Shown here one piece after another: positions 42,730 through 53,505 of a DNA stretch of 64,000 nt. How positions within the stretch are numbered: position 1 is the stretch's first letter; every line of letters starts with the position of its first letter. Origin of the DNA: Savitreella phatthalungensis (Eukaryota); the NCBI GenBank assembly GCA_051599415.1, contig AP039694.1, positions 372,001-436,000 on the forward strand, in the 5' to 3' direction. A program made the translations under genes and the position numbers. The notes below the pieces were generated by a model. It saw nothing but the letters and a program-made list of their open reading frames with translations. It ran no database searches and was not told the DNA's origin.

Positions 42730-43061
42730 CTTATATGATTGACTGTGATGTTCACTGCGGAACGAGTACGAACGGCGACGAGCGACGGCTCAGCGTCGAT
42801 CGTGATGATCCGCTCGTGTGTGAGCGATAGCTCAATCTCACCAATAGAGGAAGACGACCTTTAGGTGGCAAGGCGCGCAGTAACCCGAATAAATAACATA
42901 TCGTGCATGCATAAAATAGATAATTTAAATGAAAGTGCCATTGAAGGAGTTGCCTATTGTCTCAAACATTGTTCCCGCACAACGGAGACGCGGGAAGGCT
43001 GGTCACCGAGACATGGGTAGCGAAGCTCGAGGACTGAGACCTGTCGAGATCTGAGACAATG
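42730..43061 (-). promoter_or_regulatory. Putative promoter of the CaaX-peptide gene: TATA box plus three HMG-box-type ACAAT cores
   Basis: cttata 42730-42735 (TATAAG on minus strand); ctattgt 42954-42960; cattgtt 42967-42973; acaatg 43056-43061. Confidence 0.35.
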
Positions 43062-43212
43062 GACGAAGCGGTCTAAGACATGCAGCTTCTTCCCCTTCCT
43101 CACTCATAGAATTACTATGCTTCGAACAGTCATATAGATACACATAGAGGCGTGAAAATAATGCTTGATGAGCAGATAAGCAGGGTGACTGTGAAGGGAA
43201 AATAATGTGTGG

Positions 43213-44586
43213 CTATTCTTCAATCTGACCTCCGTTTGCGAGAACGAGCTCATTCAGGTCGACCAGGACGGTGTCGTAGTCAGACTCGAGCACGTGGCCG
43301 ATCGGCCAAGATCTACGGGCTTCGATGGCTGGGCGGACGAGGAGTAAGCATTTCTGACATAGCTCTAGGCCAGTGCTGACGACCAGGAGCTGGTCCGATT
43401 GGATGGCAGCGCGCTGTACCAGGGACTCGCTCAAGGTCAGCAGGTGGTCGAGCAATGGGCGCTCGATTTCTCTGGATGCCTCCCCAAACACCGCCCGCTG
43501 GTACTCGCCAAACCAGGCAACGAGAGCATCCACAGCCTTCTCAAGCTCTTCATAGTCTGCGGTTGTCATCTCGGGGACGGCTCCGATGTCGGCGACGGCG
43601 AGCGCCCGAGCACCGAGCCACTCTAGCTGGCTGCGAGTCGTGTAGAGGTTGTCACGTTTCGCGAGGCTGTACCAGGTACTTGTCCATGATTTCGCTTCGT
43701 CGGCTCGCGTGACTGGGTCCTCGTGGCGATCTTGTTCCCAATTGAGGAAGCGGTCGACCAGAGCAGGCGACACGCCAGCAGGCAGAGCGCTCTCAAAGAG
43801 CTCCACCTCACCCGCGCAGTCGACACACTCGCAGACAAACAGCTTCCCATCCAGCAGGGTCTTGCGCCTGGCATCGCGCATGTCCAGTGCCACGTCTGCA
43901 TAGGTGTTGAAAAGGACCTGTCCCTTGGCGATAGGTCGCGTGGCGATATGTCTGACCTTGATTGATGCTTCTGTTTCTGCCGGCGTCAGCGAATTGACCG
44001 TGTAGTGTGCCTCAGATCGCAGCGACCGCGTGCTCACTGCGACATTCGTCGACCGACAGGCATGTGAGACCTTGGCGCCCATGCGGAGCAGCGCAGCTGA
44101 CCCATCGTCGTCGACCTGGTGAGCATTCGCCAGCACAGCGAGGGCAAAGCGAAAAAGATCCCTCTCGCTGACGTTTGTGAGCTCCGGGAACAGGCCTTCG
44201 GAGGCGCGTGCATGTGTGCGGAGGGCAATGATCTCTCGCTTTGCCTGCCGGTACGCCTGCGAGGACGCGATCTGCTTGCCCAGGTGCTTGTCTGGGATGT
44301 GGTAGTATGAGAGCAAGTCCGCTCGTCGACTGGCAGAGAAGCCTGCAAACGTTACAGCGGCCTGAGCGGATCGACCGAGCTGCATATAGGCTCGACGCCT
44401 GCGGTACCTGACCGCGGCATCGACGACGATCACACCACCAGCGGGGACCCGATCGCCCTCAGCAGGCAGCAATAGCACGTCTGGTTGTTCCTCTAGCACG
44501 ATTGTCCCCGCAGGAATGTCCTCTCGCGCTACAGCGCAGTGGCCATAGACCGGATGATCTATGAGTTCAAGTGCCCCGGTCATCAT
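43213..44586 (-). CDS. SET domain (SMYD-like) protein lysine methyltransferase
   Basis: YGHCAVAREDIPAGTIVLEEQP, NAH, KVSHAC..N, IATRPIAKGQ.L...Y, post-SET FVCECVDC. Confidence 0.85.
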   Translation of the reverse strand: MMTGALELIDHPVYGHCAVAREDIPAGTIVLEEQPDVLLLPAEGDRVPAGGVIVVDAAVRYRRRRAYMQLGRSAQAAVTFAGFSASRRADLLSYYHIPDKHLGKQIASSQAYRQAKREIIALRTHARASEGLFPELTNVSERDLFRFALAVLANAHQVDDDGSAALLRMGAKVSHACRSTNVAVSTRSLRSEAHYTVNSLTPAETEASIKVRHIATRPIAKGQVLFNTYADVALDMRDARRKTLLDGKLFVCECVDCAGEVELFESALPAGVSPALVDRFLNWEQDRHEDPVTRADEAKSWTSTWYSLAKRDNLYTTRSQLEWLGARALAVADIGAVPEMTTADYEELEKAVDALVAWFGEYQRAVFGEASREIERPLLDHLLTLSESLVQRAAIQSDQLLVVSTGLELCQKCLLLVRPAIEARRSWPIGHVLESDYDTVLVDLNELVLANGGQIEE

Positions 44587-44736
44587 AGACAAGCATTATG
44601 TGCAAGCGACGTCGCGTGCATTTGAGATTGATTTCGGGAACACATCTAGGAATTCAATCATGGTAGCAATTGCGTGAAGGATACTTATTTTGCCCTCACT
44701 TATCGTCCATCAATGACTACATACATCCAGCTGATG

Positions 44737-46345
44737 TTAAGCAGCTTTGTGAGCAGGGCCGTTATGCCGAGTCAAGTATACGAGAGCAATGGACAGGATC
44801 ATGCCTAGGCCTGCGAGCCCGGTGCCTACGCGGAACGCTGCGCGAAAGCCGCGCAGGGGATCTTGTCCGCCGCGGTTGAGATGGACCTCGGTCGTGCCAG
44901 CGATACCGAGACCAATTGAGATTGAGTAGTTGAGGACAGTGTTGACTAGTGAGGCTGCAGCACCCTGCCTGTGTCGTGGTACATAGTCTGAGATGACGAG
45001 ATTGGCAGCCGGGAAGCTCATATCCATGCCGAATGGCGCGATCGCGACCGCCACAAAGCTCAGTGCCCAGTAAGTCTGATTAATCGGCGTGATTGACCAC
45101 AAGAGATTGGCGAGCGTGAAAGCTGTCATAGCTATCAGCATGATCCAGCCAGGCCTGACGCCTTTCGTGATAAGGGTTCCCGTGGCAGCACCGGCAATAA
45201 GACCAGAAACGACCACTGGCACGAACTGGGAAACGACGCGGAGCGGAGTACCCTGTCTGAAGACCTGAAGGAACTCCCAGCCGTAGTAGACGAAAATGCC
45301 AGCCGTAGTAGACGAAAATGCCAAATGAAGCCCACCCCAGACCGATGCAGCCGAGAATGAGTACGACCTCAACATTGAACATATCCGAGGAGACTAGTGG
45401 ATACGGCACAACTTTGACCTCGAGATAGCCGAAACAAAGGATGAGCGCAAGACCCACAATGAGGCAAACGATGACCACAGCGTTCTTCCAGGAGTCGATC
45501 GGTGCCTGATTCCAGGCAACGTTGAAGAAGACAAGCCCAGCGACGCCGACAGCTGCCGCCGGAAGATCGAGTTCCAGGATGGTTGTCCAGAGACCTGGTT
45601 CGCGACCAGATTTGTCGTGAGCAGCTGGAGAATGACGCCACGAGTCGACTTCCGCGGGAATCACGAAGAAACCTAGGGCTGCACAAACGAAGCAGACGAT
45701 CCCGTTCACCCAAAATGACCAGGCCCAGATCTGGGTGAGAAGGATGAGAGCGGAGAAGAGTCCACCGATGACGGCACCCGAGGGCGCGGTAGCTCCCAAG
45801 GCCGAAAAAGCGATGGCCTTCCGTGCACCTGTAGGATACGTCTGACCGAAGATTGCTACGGCGCAGGGCAAGACGATGGCGGGTCCGATGCCTTCCATGA
45901 CTCGACTGAAGATGAAGAAGGCTGAGTTATGTGAGAAGTAGCTGAAGCCACAGACGAGTGACCAAGCGCCGAACCACAAGAATCCAAGGATGAATACACG
46001 CCGATGGCCAAAAAGATCACCTGCTCGACCAGCGGGCAGGATGAATGTGCCGACAGTCAGACTGTAGCCTGCAATGAACCACGACAGCTTTCCCGGGTCG
46101 ATCGTGCCGAGCGTCGGTCCGATTGATCGCAACATGGACAGTGCATTGGCCAAGTTGGCCTGTGTGAGAAGTTGTGCCATGCAGACGGTAGAGATGAATG
46201 CTACCTCGTGAGGAAGCGACATCTTCAGTCGGGACGAGCCTTCATGCGTAACAATCCTATTCAGCCCATCACTACCCTCTTCCTTTCCAGCCTCCATTGA
46301 TCCCTCCGGCGAAGCACTTCTGTCTGGCTCCTGTATTGATGCCAT
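44737..46345 (-). pseudogene. DHA2-family MFS drug:H+ antiporter (ATR1-like), frameshifted by a 22-bp tandem duplication
   Basis: SWFIAGYSLTVGTFILPAGRAGDLFGH and FGMDMSFPAA motifs sit in two frames. Removing one copy of ccagccgtagtagacgaaaatg (45277-45320) restores a single 528-aa ORF (...ASFGIFVYYGWEFLQ...). Confidence 0.88.
45277..45320. repeat. Perfect 22-bp tandem duplication
   Basis: ccagccgtagtagacgaaaatg x2, followed by cca microhomology. Confidence 0.95.
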
Positions 46346-46924
46346 GATGCGATTCACCGACTTAGTTGGTGTGAGACTCCATCTTGACGCTGGTCCTGAA
46401 CTAGTTTTATAGTGTGTCTGTCAGATGCCACGGAAGTTATTCTTCGGCTATTGATGCCCTGACGATCATCAGATCATGCCATACGGCATATTGCGTATGT
46501 TCGTAGGCAAATTGGATCTCCCTCCATCGAGCGTGGCTCGAGCCGGCGCGTATTTACGGAACAAAGCGTATTTCGTCTGAGCCAATAAGGTGCAGCTCAT
46601 ACATTTTTCCAGTGACCTGTCGTACTCGGTTTCCAGCGATAGCGGTTGGTACAGCCTGAGTAGATCGCGGGAATTTAATCGCTCGCTCGAATCGATGCCT
46701 GATCACTGAGCAAGAGAATAGTGAGGCCTTTTAATATCGATCGGAACCTTAGCTGCTGAATGATCGATTGATTGAGGAAGATAAATCGGGACCATAATAT
46801 AACACCACATGTGTAGTCGACCACAAGCTCGAATCCAGGCCGGGCAGGCGGAACCGATGGTGATGAGCTGCGATGAGTGGAGACTCAGCACTTTGAGCTC
46901 CATCGTTTGACAGGAAGCGTTACA

Positions 46925-47716
46925 TCAGTGCTCGACTTCGAGTGCCATGGTCTGGCTGCCGGGGTCGTAGATGATTGCTCCAAGCATTAATTCGCTCAAG
47001 GCGTATTCGTAAATACCGTAGGGGCCCTGTGTCTCGTTTCTACGCTTCCTCCGCAGTCCTTTTCTGGAGCCGTCGGTGTCTGCTGTGAAGCACTCCTGGA
47101 CTTGGGAAGCGCCTCGCTCGACTCGATAGATGTCTGCATAGAGGTTCGCGATCTGGAGACACAATTCGGCTCTTCGGAAAACGACGCTAGGGTCTCTAGG
47201 TGTGATCTTGCGTGCAGCGTGGTGCCTCAATGGGAAATCGACACGTACTGTGCATGCATCGCACGGCTCAGTGACAACCTGATCAGCTGCGATCAGCCTG
47301 CCCACATCTTGAGACGTTTCTGCAGGATCCAGCACGATATACGGCAGAATGTTAACCCGCGCGCGTCCTATGCGGTCGACTGTTTCCCATACAGCCTGAA
47401 ATGTGATCCGACGTGGACAAAGCCGCTCGTATCGTTCTGTCAATCCTGAATGCCTCCGCTGACGGGTCTGGAAGTATGCCCACATGCTCGTCAATACATC
47501 GTCAGCTGTCGCTTCTGCGGTAGCCGTAGTGGGACTTGTCATTTTGCTAGAGAGAACATTGAGCGCAGTGGATTCTGAATCTGGTACTGTCTGTTCGATT
47601 CTGTCCATGAAGACCTGATCGAGGTTGTAGACTTGAGTTGCTGGTCTTGGCGATTCTGCTGAAGAAGCGGCAGTATTGCTCTTCTGACCTATGCCTCCGA
47701 ACCAGCGGGCAAACAT
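46925..47716 (-). CDS. Hypothetical protein
   Basis: 263-aa ORF from first ATG (MFARWFGG); no recognised motif; 5' end uncertain. Confidence 0.55.
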   Translation of the reverse strand: MFARWFGGIGQKSNTAASSAESPRPATQVYNLDQVFMDRIEQTVPDSESTALNVLSSKMTSPTTATAEATADDVLTSMWAYFQTRQRRHSGLTERYERLCPRRITFQAVWETVDRIGRARVNILPYIVLDPAETSQDVGRLIAADQVVTEPCDACTVRVDFPLRHHAARKITPRDPSVVFRRAELCLQIANLYADIYRVERGASQVQECFTADTDGSRKGLRRKRRNETQGPYGIYEYALSELMLGAIIYDPGSQTMALEVEH

Positions 47717-48114
47717 AAGTTGATCAAGTCTGTCTTGATATACTGACACATACGTCTCGCCTTACAATTATACATCGTCATGCCCGCAACTACCACACAC
47801 GATGTATCAACATGGGACGATCGATGTCCAGTAGTGTCTGAGACATGTTTCTAATCGAGACTGGATCGGTGGATGGGGCATGATACCAAAGGGTGGCAAG
47901 ATTGGTGCTCGCCAATACAGGATAACTTTCCATCTGTCCATACCTTACGCATGTGAATTAATTTGTTATATCCATGCAGCCAATTTCGAAACTTGCCAAC
48001 GTGCATCTCGACCACTCGTATCGGGATGCACATCTGGTAGAAAGACACGTCAGATATCAAGCACCTTCTGTCACCGACGCGTCAACTCAGTATCACACGG
48101 CAAGACCGCTGAAG

Positions 48115-48540
48115 ATGAGGTCATTCATCATCACGCTCGCGGCTTTGCTGGTCTCTGTGCATGCTCAGTTTCAGTTCTTCGATCAGATGTTTGGCGGTCA
48201 GCAGGGACAGCGACCGAACGGTGGAGGCGGTGGCTCAAATGGCGGCAGACTCGCTCATGGGGTCGACTGGTATCATGAGCAGATAGCAGAGTCACATTGT
48301 GCCTCAGGGGAGTTTGTCTGTCCTCGGAGTCTGGACTGCGTCAAGGAGCCGAAGGATTGCCCCTGTCCTCACGGGCTCGAGCGGTGCCATGTGGGAGATA
48401 CGTATAGTGTCTGCGTAAGCAAGCGGGAAGGCGTTGATGTGTGCAAGGATTTACAGAAGATGCACGAGGTGAGTATTGGAAGCAGCTAAAGCTGTCGGCC
48501 GTATGGTGGCAGTAGACTGACAGATGGACAGACACTATGA
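48115..48540 (+). CDS. LCL2: Long chronological lifespan protein 2 (LCL2-like, secretory pathway); exons 48115-48468 and 48532-48540
   Basis: Signal peptide then QFQFFDQMFG, Cys pattern C....CP.SL.CV..P.DCPCP...C......CVSK; intron GTGAGT...ACTGAC...CAG. Confidence 0.82.
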
Positions 48541-49724
48541 CAGGATTGATCAGACTTTAGATAATACGATAATGTACGCCATGATTAGATCAGAGCAGGG
48601 ATTAGCAGAGAAGCAGCGTGATGGAGCATGACAAAAGACGGAGCAAGATGGAGTAAGAAGTCCGATCCAGCAAGATGGAGCATGACAACCAGTCGAGCCA
48701 AGAGAGAATAGTACAAAGCAAAAAGGAAGAAAAAGCAAAAAAGAAGAACTGCAGTACCAGGACTTCCCACCTGGTCTCCCACGGCAGTACTATTCCGGCG
48801 CTGCGCTGGTTATCTTTGGTGATCGGACGGGAACCAGATCTTTCAGCGCGCTATGACCGCAGATGAAAGTTTGTTTTGTGTTTTGGGATATATACCTGTT
48901 TCATAATTGCTAGCGGATGCACAAAACGATGCTAACTTTCTGTTGAATTGCTCTCTCCAAACCTGACCAATGTGCTCGCTGCATTAATTCGGGTTATGCA
49001 AATTTCGTATGGTGGAAGATATTGATAATGGCGTGTACATTCGATCGTGCTGCTGCGTGAGGCTAGAGAACCTTAGAGTATGGGAGATCGTGCATCCTAG
49101 TACAGCATCTGATTTCTGACTTGACTGAGACGGGATCAAGATCAGCGACATCTTCCCCAATCGGGACTTTTCTCTTACCACCAACCAGAGCGCACCTCCA
49201 ACCAGACCTCGCCTGTATCTCACTCATCCAACGCAGACCCAATGCCCATCCCGTTTGACCAAGGCAACAGAAGTTCAGCTGTTCATACACTTATACCGCG
49301 CGTAGCACTGCATTTCCATAGAAAACGCCATTCCAATGGATTGTCTATACTGCAACAAGCCTTCAGCTCTCCCGCACCATTCACCTGAGCTTAACCAACC
49401 TCCAAGCATTGCTCCAGGGCCCCGCCCCGCGCTTACCTACTTCAACTCTCTTGCCCTTCCCTTCCATATACCTGTACACACTAGAATGAGAATGACTCTG
49501 CACGCCTATACTCAGACGACCTGTCATCTCGTATATATACGATCGAATGGAAATAGACGTGCGTCGTACAAAAGTCCTTTCATTCTAAACGAGTCCCTGG
49601 ACAGCGACAGCGTCTAAGAGGACGTATATAAGCTTAGATACGCACATGACCTTTCACACGTCAAAGTCTCTCTGATATACAAACAGTGCACTTATAGTTC
49701 CTTGTGAACGCTCTCCTTCTAGTC

Positions 49725-51464
49725 ATGTCGGCAGGTCGGCAGGACATCCAGGCTCAGCCTGCAAATGCAGCACCATCGGCTGGCAAACATTTGGGTGAGA
49801 AGAACATCAACCAATATGATGAGCTTGATGACGTCGCCCTCGAGCCTGATGCCGCTGACAGGCACTCCGTCCTCTCAGGCACTGATCGCTCGACCACTTC
49901 AACCAAAGTAGACCCAACAGCGACCGGTCAACTCGTGGCAAGCGAGCAGAATGCCATCCTGCTCCGGAAGATGTCACTCTTCAACCATGAGCTCGATGCC
50001 ATGGGTTTCGGCAGATATCAGCTCTGCATCTTTCTCCTCTGCGGGATGGGCTACTTTATCGATCTCATGTTTGCCCAGCTCTTTGGCATCATTCTGCCGC
50101 CCATGCAGCGCGAGCTCGGCGTCCCGACTGCCAGAATCGGTGATATCAGCACCTGCTTCTCTGTCGGTCTCACCATCGGTGCATTCTCGTGGGGCATCCT
50201 CGTCGACGTCATCGGTCGCCGCTGGGCATTCAACCTGACCTGTCTCATTTCTTCCACCTTCGGCATCCTTATCGCCGCACCACGGAATTACGGCGGCATC
50301 TGTGCGCTCGCGCTCCTCTGTGGTATAGGTGTTGGTGGAAACATCCCGATCGACTCGACAATCACGCTCGAGTTCCTGCCAAAGAAGAATCGCTTTCTTC
50401 TCGCAGCACTGTCAGTCTTCCAGCCACTTGGAGTCGTCATCTGCTCCGTTCTGGCGTTCGGCCTCGTCCCACCCTTTTCCTGTGATCAGCAGCTCGACGG
50501 ATGCTCCAGCACAATTACTGGCAAGCCACCGACTACTCCTTGCTGTACCTACTCGTCCAACAAGGGATGGAGATATCTGACAGTCTGTGTCGGCGGCATC
50601 ACGTTCTTCATCTTCTTTGTCCGCTTCGTCATCTTCAAGTTTCAGGAATCACCCAAGTACCTGCTGACACGTGGTCGGGATGCTGAGGCTCTTGCAGCTC
50701 TTCAGTACATCGCCAAGTTCAATAGGCAGGAATGCAAGCTCACGATCGAGGACATCGACAAGTGCGGAGCGTACAAAGCGCGGGACGCCGTCATTGGCGC
50801 CGGTGCCGGCAGGGTCGCTCGTGATAACGTCAAGTACTATTTGCTGAATCTTCGAGGCCTATTCCGCACGCGTCACTCCACGAGAATCACTCTCACAGTC
50901 TGGGTGATTTACATGTCACAGTTCTGGGGGTTCAGTATGGCCGGCTTTCTACAGCTGATTCTCAGCAACCTTGGCGTGGCCGAGGACATCCCAATCTCTC
51001 AGACCTACCGGAACTACATCATCATCAATATCTGTGGTGTGCCAGGTGTGCTGATGGCATCGGCACTCATGGAAGTACCAAAGCTCGGAAGGAAGTGGTC
51101 GATGTTTGGCACGTCGTTGCTCATGGCTCTTGGCTGCTTCCTATTCGTCGTCGTCAACAACGAGGCGGGCAGGATTGGCTTCTCTGCCATGGAGTACTTC
51201 GGACAATCTGCATTCAACTCGATTGTCTATGGTACCACACCCGAGCTTTTCCCTGCGCAGTTCCGTGGATCAGCCTGTGGGTTTGCAGCGACGACCGGCA
51301 GAATCATGTCATTCATCGCTCCACAAATCGGCGCTCGTGTACTGGCAGACGACCCTACAGGCAAGACCGTTCTGTATCTCGCTGGCGCGGGCGTCCTTGT
51401 CAGTTCCGCGGCCGTGCTCTTCCTGCCTCGCGATGTCGAAGCTCGGGGCAAAGAAGTCTTCTAA
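49725..51464 (+). CDS. MFS transporter, SV2/sugar-porter-like family
   Basis: GFGRYQ, DVIGRRWAFN, GGNIPID....LEFLP, ESPKYL, PELFP..FRGSA.G motifs; TATATAA at 49625. Confidence 0.9.
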   Translation: MSAGRQDIQAQPANAAPSAGKHLGEKNINQYDELDDVALEPDAADRHSVLSGTDRSTTSTKVDPTATGQLVASEQNAILLRKMSLFNHELDAMGFGRYQLCIFLLCGMGYFIDLMFAQLFGIILPPMQRELGVPTARIGDISTCFSVGLTIGAFSWGILVDVIGRRWAFNLTCLISSTFGILIAAPRNYGGICALALLCGIGVGGNIPIDSTITLEFLPKKNRFLLAALSVFQPLGVVICSVLAFGLVPPFSCDQQLDGCSSTITGKPPTTPCCTYSSNKGWRYLTVCVGGITFFIFFVRFVIFKFQESPKYLLTRGRDAEALAALQYIAKFNRQECKLTIEDIDKCGAYKARDAVIGAGAGRVARDNVKYYLLNLRGLFRTRHSTRITLTVWVIYMSQFWGFSMAGFLQLILSNLGVAEDIPISQTYRNYIIINICGVPGVLMASALMEVPKLGRKWSMFGTSLLMALGCFLFVVVNNEAGRIGFSAMEYFGQSAFNSIVYGTTPELFPAQFRGSACGFAATTGRIMSFIAPQIGARVLADDPTGKTVLYLAGAGVLVSSAAVLFLPRDVEARGKEVF

Positions 51465-51738
51465 GCAAGCACACACGCTGTCATTATTTGCTTCTCGCGT
51501 GCGTAAGCGAGTACGCGCGCACGGTCCTTCATTACTCAACGCCCTCTCATGTCCTCCATTTTATTATTGTAAACAACCACGCACAGACCCCCATAACGAT
51601 GCCGTCAAACTCCTGTCTGACGCAATTCCCTTTGTCCTCATTTGCACTTTGACACTTCATGCGCGTGTGCCAGTGCCCGTCGACAGCAACGTATAAGCGT
51701 ATGAGTCGCCGAACCTCTGCAGTTGCCTGTGGGTGACG

Positions 51739-52446
51739 ATGATTCCGCCCCTGACACTCGTTGTCACTAGCACCTTCGCACTCGCCGTGCTGGCTCACTC
51801 GTGGATCGATGTGATGTCTTCTGCATCCACTGGCAAGCTCGGCTACATCCGCGGGTACGGTGGCCACATCGATGCCATCTCCTCATACCGCATCCAGTCG
51901 CTCGATCCAAATCTCCCACTCTGCATGCCATCCACCCAATCCACACCATCCTACACCCAACAGTACCCACCACTCCAAGCAACCCCAGCAGACACCATCA
52001 CAGCAAACTACTCAGAAAACGGCCACGTCACGAAAGACAAGCTGCCTGACGGTCCACGACCCGGTAACTACACTTGGTTCCTCGGGACAATGCCTACAGG
52101 CGGTGGTGTTGGTGGGTTGACGAGGTTGGGTGATCTGGTTGGTGGTGGTGCGCGGGTGATTGGGAAAGGGATGTTTGATGACGGTAAGTGTGCTGAAGCT
52201 GCAGGTGTACCAGGTCGACCGCCTGGCCCACGGCAGTGTCAATCCACATTCACACTCCCGAAGGACTTACAGCCAGGCCAGACGTATCAGCTAGTCTGGC
52301 TCTGGAACTTCCCCAAAGTCAAAGGCGTCGTCGAAATGTACACCTCCTGCGCCGATCTCAAAATCACAAACTCTACAACGACCGAGGACACTCACCCCAA
52401 ACAAAGGCAAGCGTACCCGCTCGTCAATGCCAGCAACGCAGATTAA
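51739..52446 (+). CDS. Secreted protein with predicted N-terminal His, LPMO-like fold (DUF7492-like)
   Basis: Signal peptide ending VLA|HSWID; ENGH; YQLVWLWNF; EMYTSCADL. Confidence 0.72.
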   Translation: MIPPLTLVVTSTFALAVLAHSWIDVMSSASTGKLGYIRGYGGHIDAISSYRIQSLDPNLPLCMPSTQSTPSYTQQYPPLQATPADTITANYSENGHVTKDKLPDGPRPGNYTWFLGTMPTGGGVGGLTRLGDLVGGGARVIGKGMFDDGKCAEAAGVPGRPPGPRQCQSTFTLPKDLQPGQTYQLVWLWNFPKVKGVVEMYTSCADLKITNSTTTEDTHPKQRQAYPLVNASNAD

Positions 52447-52479
52447 GCAGGTAGAGGTAGAGTGCATGCTGATGGATTT

Positions 52480-53505
52480 CTAATTGTGCTTGTAGATGTC
52501 TTTGAGTGGGGCGAGCTGTGGGATGAGGTTGGGCATGGTGCCGTTGGTGAGTGCTGTTTGGAGATTTTGGAGAGTGAATGCCTCCATGTTGTACATGGAT
52601 TCGTGGGAGGATGTGCCGCAGTGGGGGAGGATGAGCGTGCGCGGGTTCTTTAGAAGCTCCAGGTGGATCTCAGGCTCCCTTTCAAACACATCCAACCCAA
52701 CGTTCCCAACCTGCCCAGAACCAAGCGCAGCCACCACAGCCTCCTCGTCCAGCACAGGTCCACGCGCAGTGTTGACAATCACGACACCGCGCTTGCACTT
52801 GGCCAACTCGTCGGTAGAGATGATGTGGCGGGTGGATGGGTTGAGTGGGAGATTGAGTGAGAGGACGTCTGATTGTGAGAGGAGGTCGTCGAATGAGACG
52901 TACTGTGCGTCTGCGGCTTCGCCTTCAGGCAGCTTGTTGCGGTTGTGGTAGATGACGCGCATGTCGAATGCTGCTGCGCGCTTCGCCAGCGCTCGGCCAA
53001 TGCCTCCCATCCCTAGGATCCCTAGCGTCTTCCCCTCGGGATCGTGACCGAGTGCCCATTCCCCGCGCTCACCCCGCCATCTGCCTTCACGCGCAAGCGC
53101 AGACGCACTACCCAGATTACGCAGCGCACCAAGCATCAGCCAGAACGCAATGTCAGCAGTCGGCGCATCCACTGCACCACTCACGTTACCGAGCAGGATT
53201 TTTCTCTCCAGAAGAGCAGGTGGATCGACATTGTCGTAGCCTGCGCCATTGTGGCCAATGAATCGGAGAGTCTGGGGCAGGTGGGAGACGAGCTCTTGAT
53301 CGAATCTGCCCGTGTTGGTGGTGAAGTTTGTGCGGTAGATGGCGGTGATGTTCTTGTAGTCTGTCGAGCAGAGTGAGATGAATTGCTCTCGAGTCATGTC
53401 CAATGGCGCTTCCAGCAGGTCTGCATGCTCTCCGAGAGCCTGCCACTTGTCTCGAGCATGACGAATGCCGCCAATACAGAGTACTTGTGGCCGATTGCTT
53501 CCCAT
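52480..53505 (-). CDS. D-isomer-specific 2-hydroxyacid dehydrogenase (glyoxylate reductase GOR1-like)
   Basis: HNGAGYD, GILGMGGIG, VNTARG, GLDVFEREP, LPHCGT. Confidence 0.92.
   Translation of the reverse strand: MGSNRPQVLCIGGIRHARDKWQALGEHADLLEAPLDMTREQFISLCSTDYKNITAIYRTNFTTNTGRFDQELVSHLPQTLRFIGHNGAGYDNVDPPALLERKILLGNVSGAVDAPTADIAFWLMLGALRNLGSASALAREGRWRGERGEWALGHDPEGKTLGILGMGGIGRALAKRAAAFDMRVIYHNRNKLPEGEAADAQYVSFDDLLSQSDVLSLNLPLNPSTRHIISTDELAKCKRGVVIVNTARGPVLDEEAVVAALGSGQVGNVGLDVFEREPEIHLELLKNPRTLILPHCGTSSHESMYNMEAFTLQNLQTALTNGTMPNLIPQLAPLKDIYKHN

Noticed and set aside
48620..48688. 15-bp direct repeat gatggagcatgacaa with related agcaagatggag copies
   Set aside because: Only two or three degenerate copies in purine-rich 3' flank; no CRISPR-like spacing and no transposon ends.
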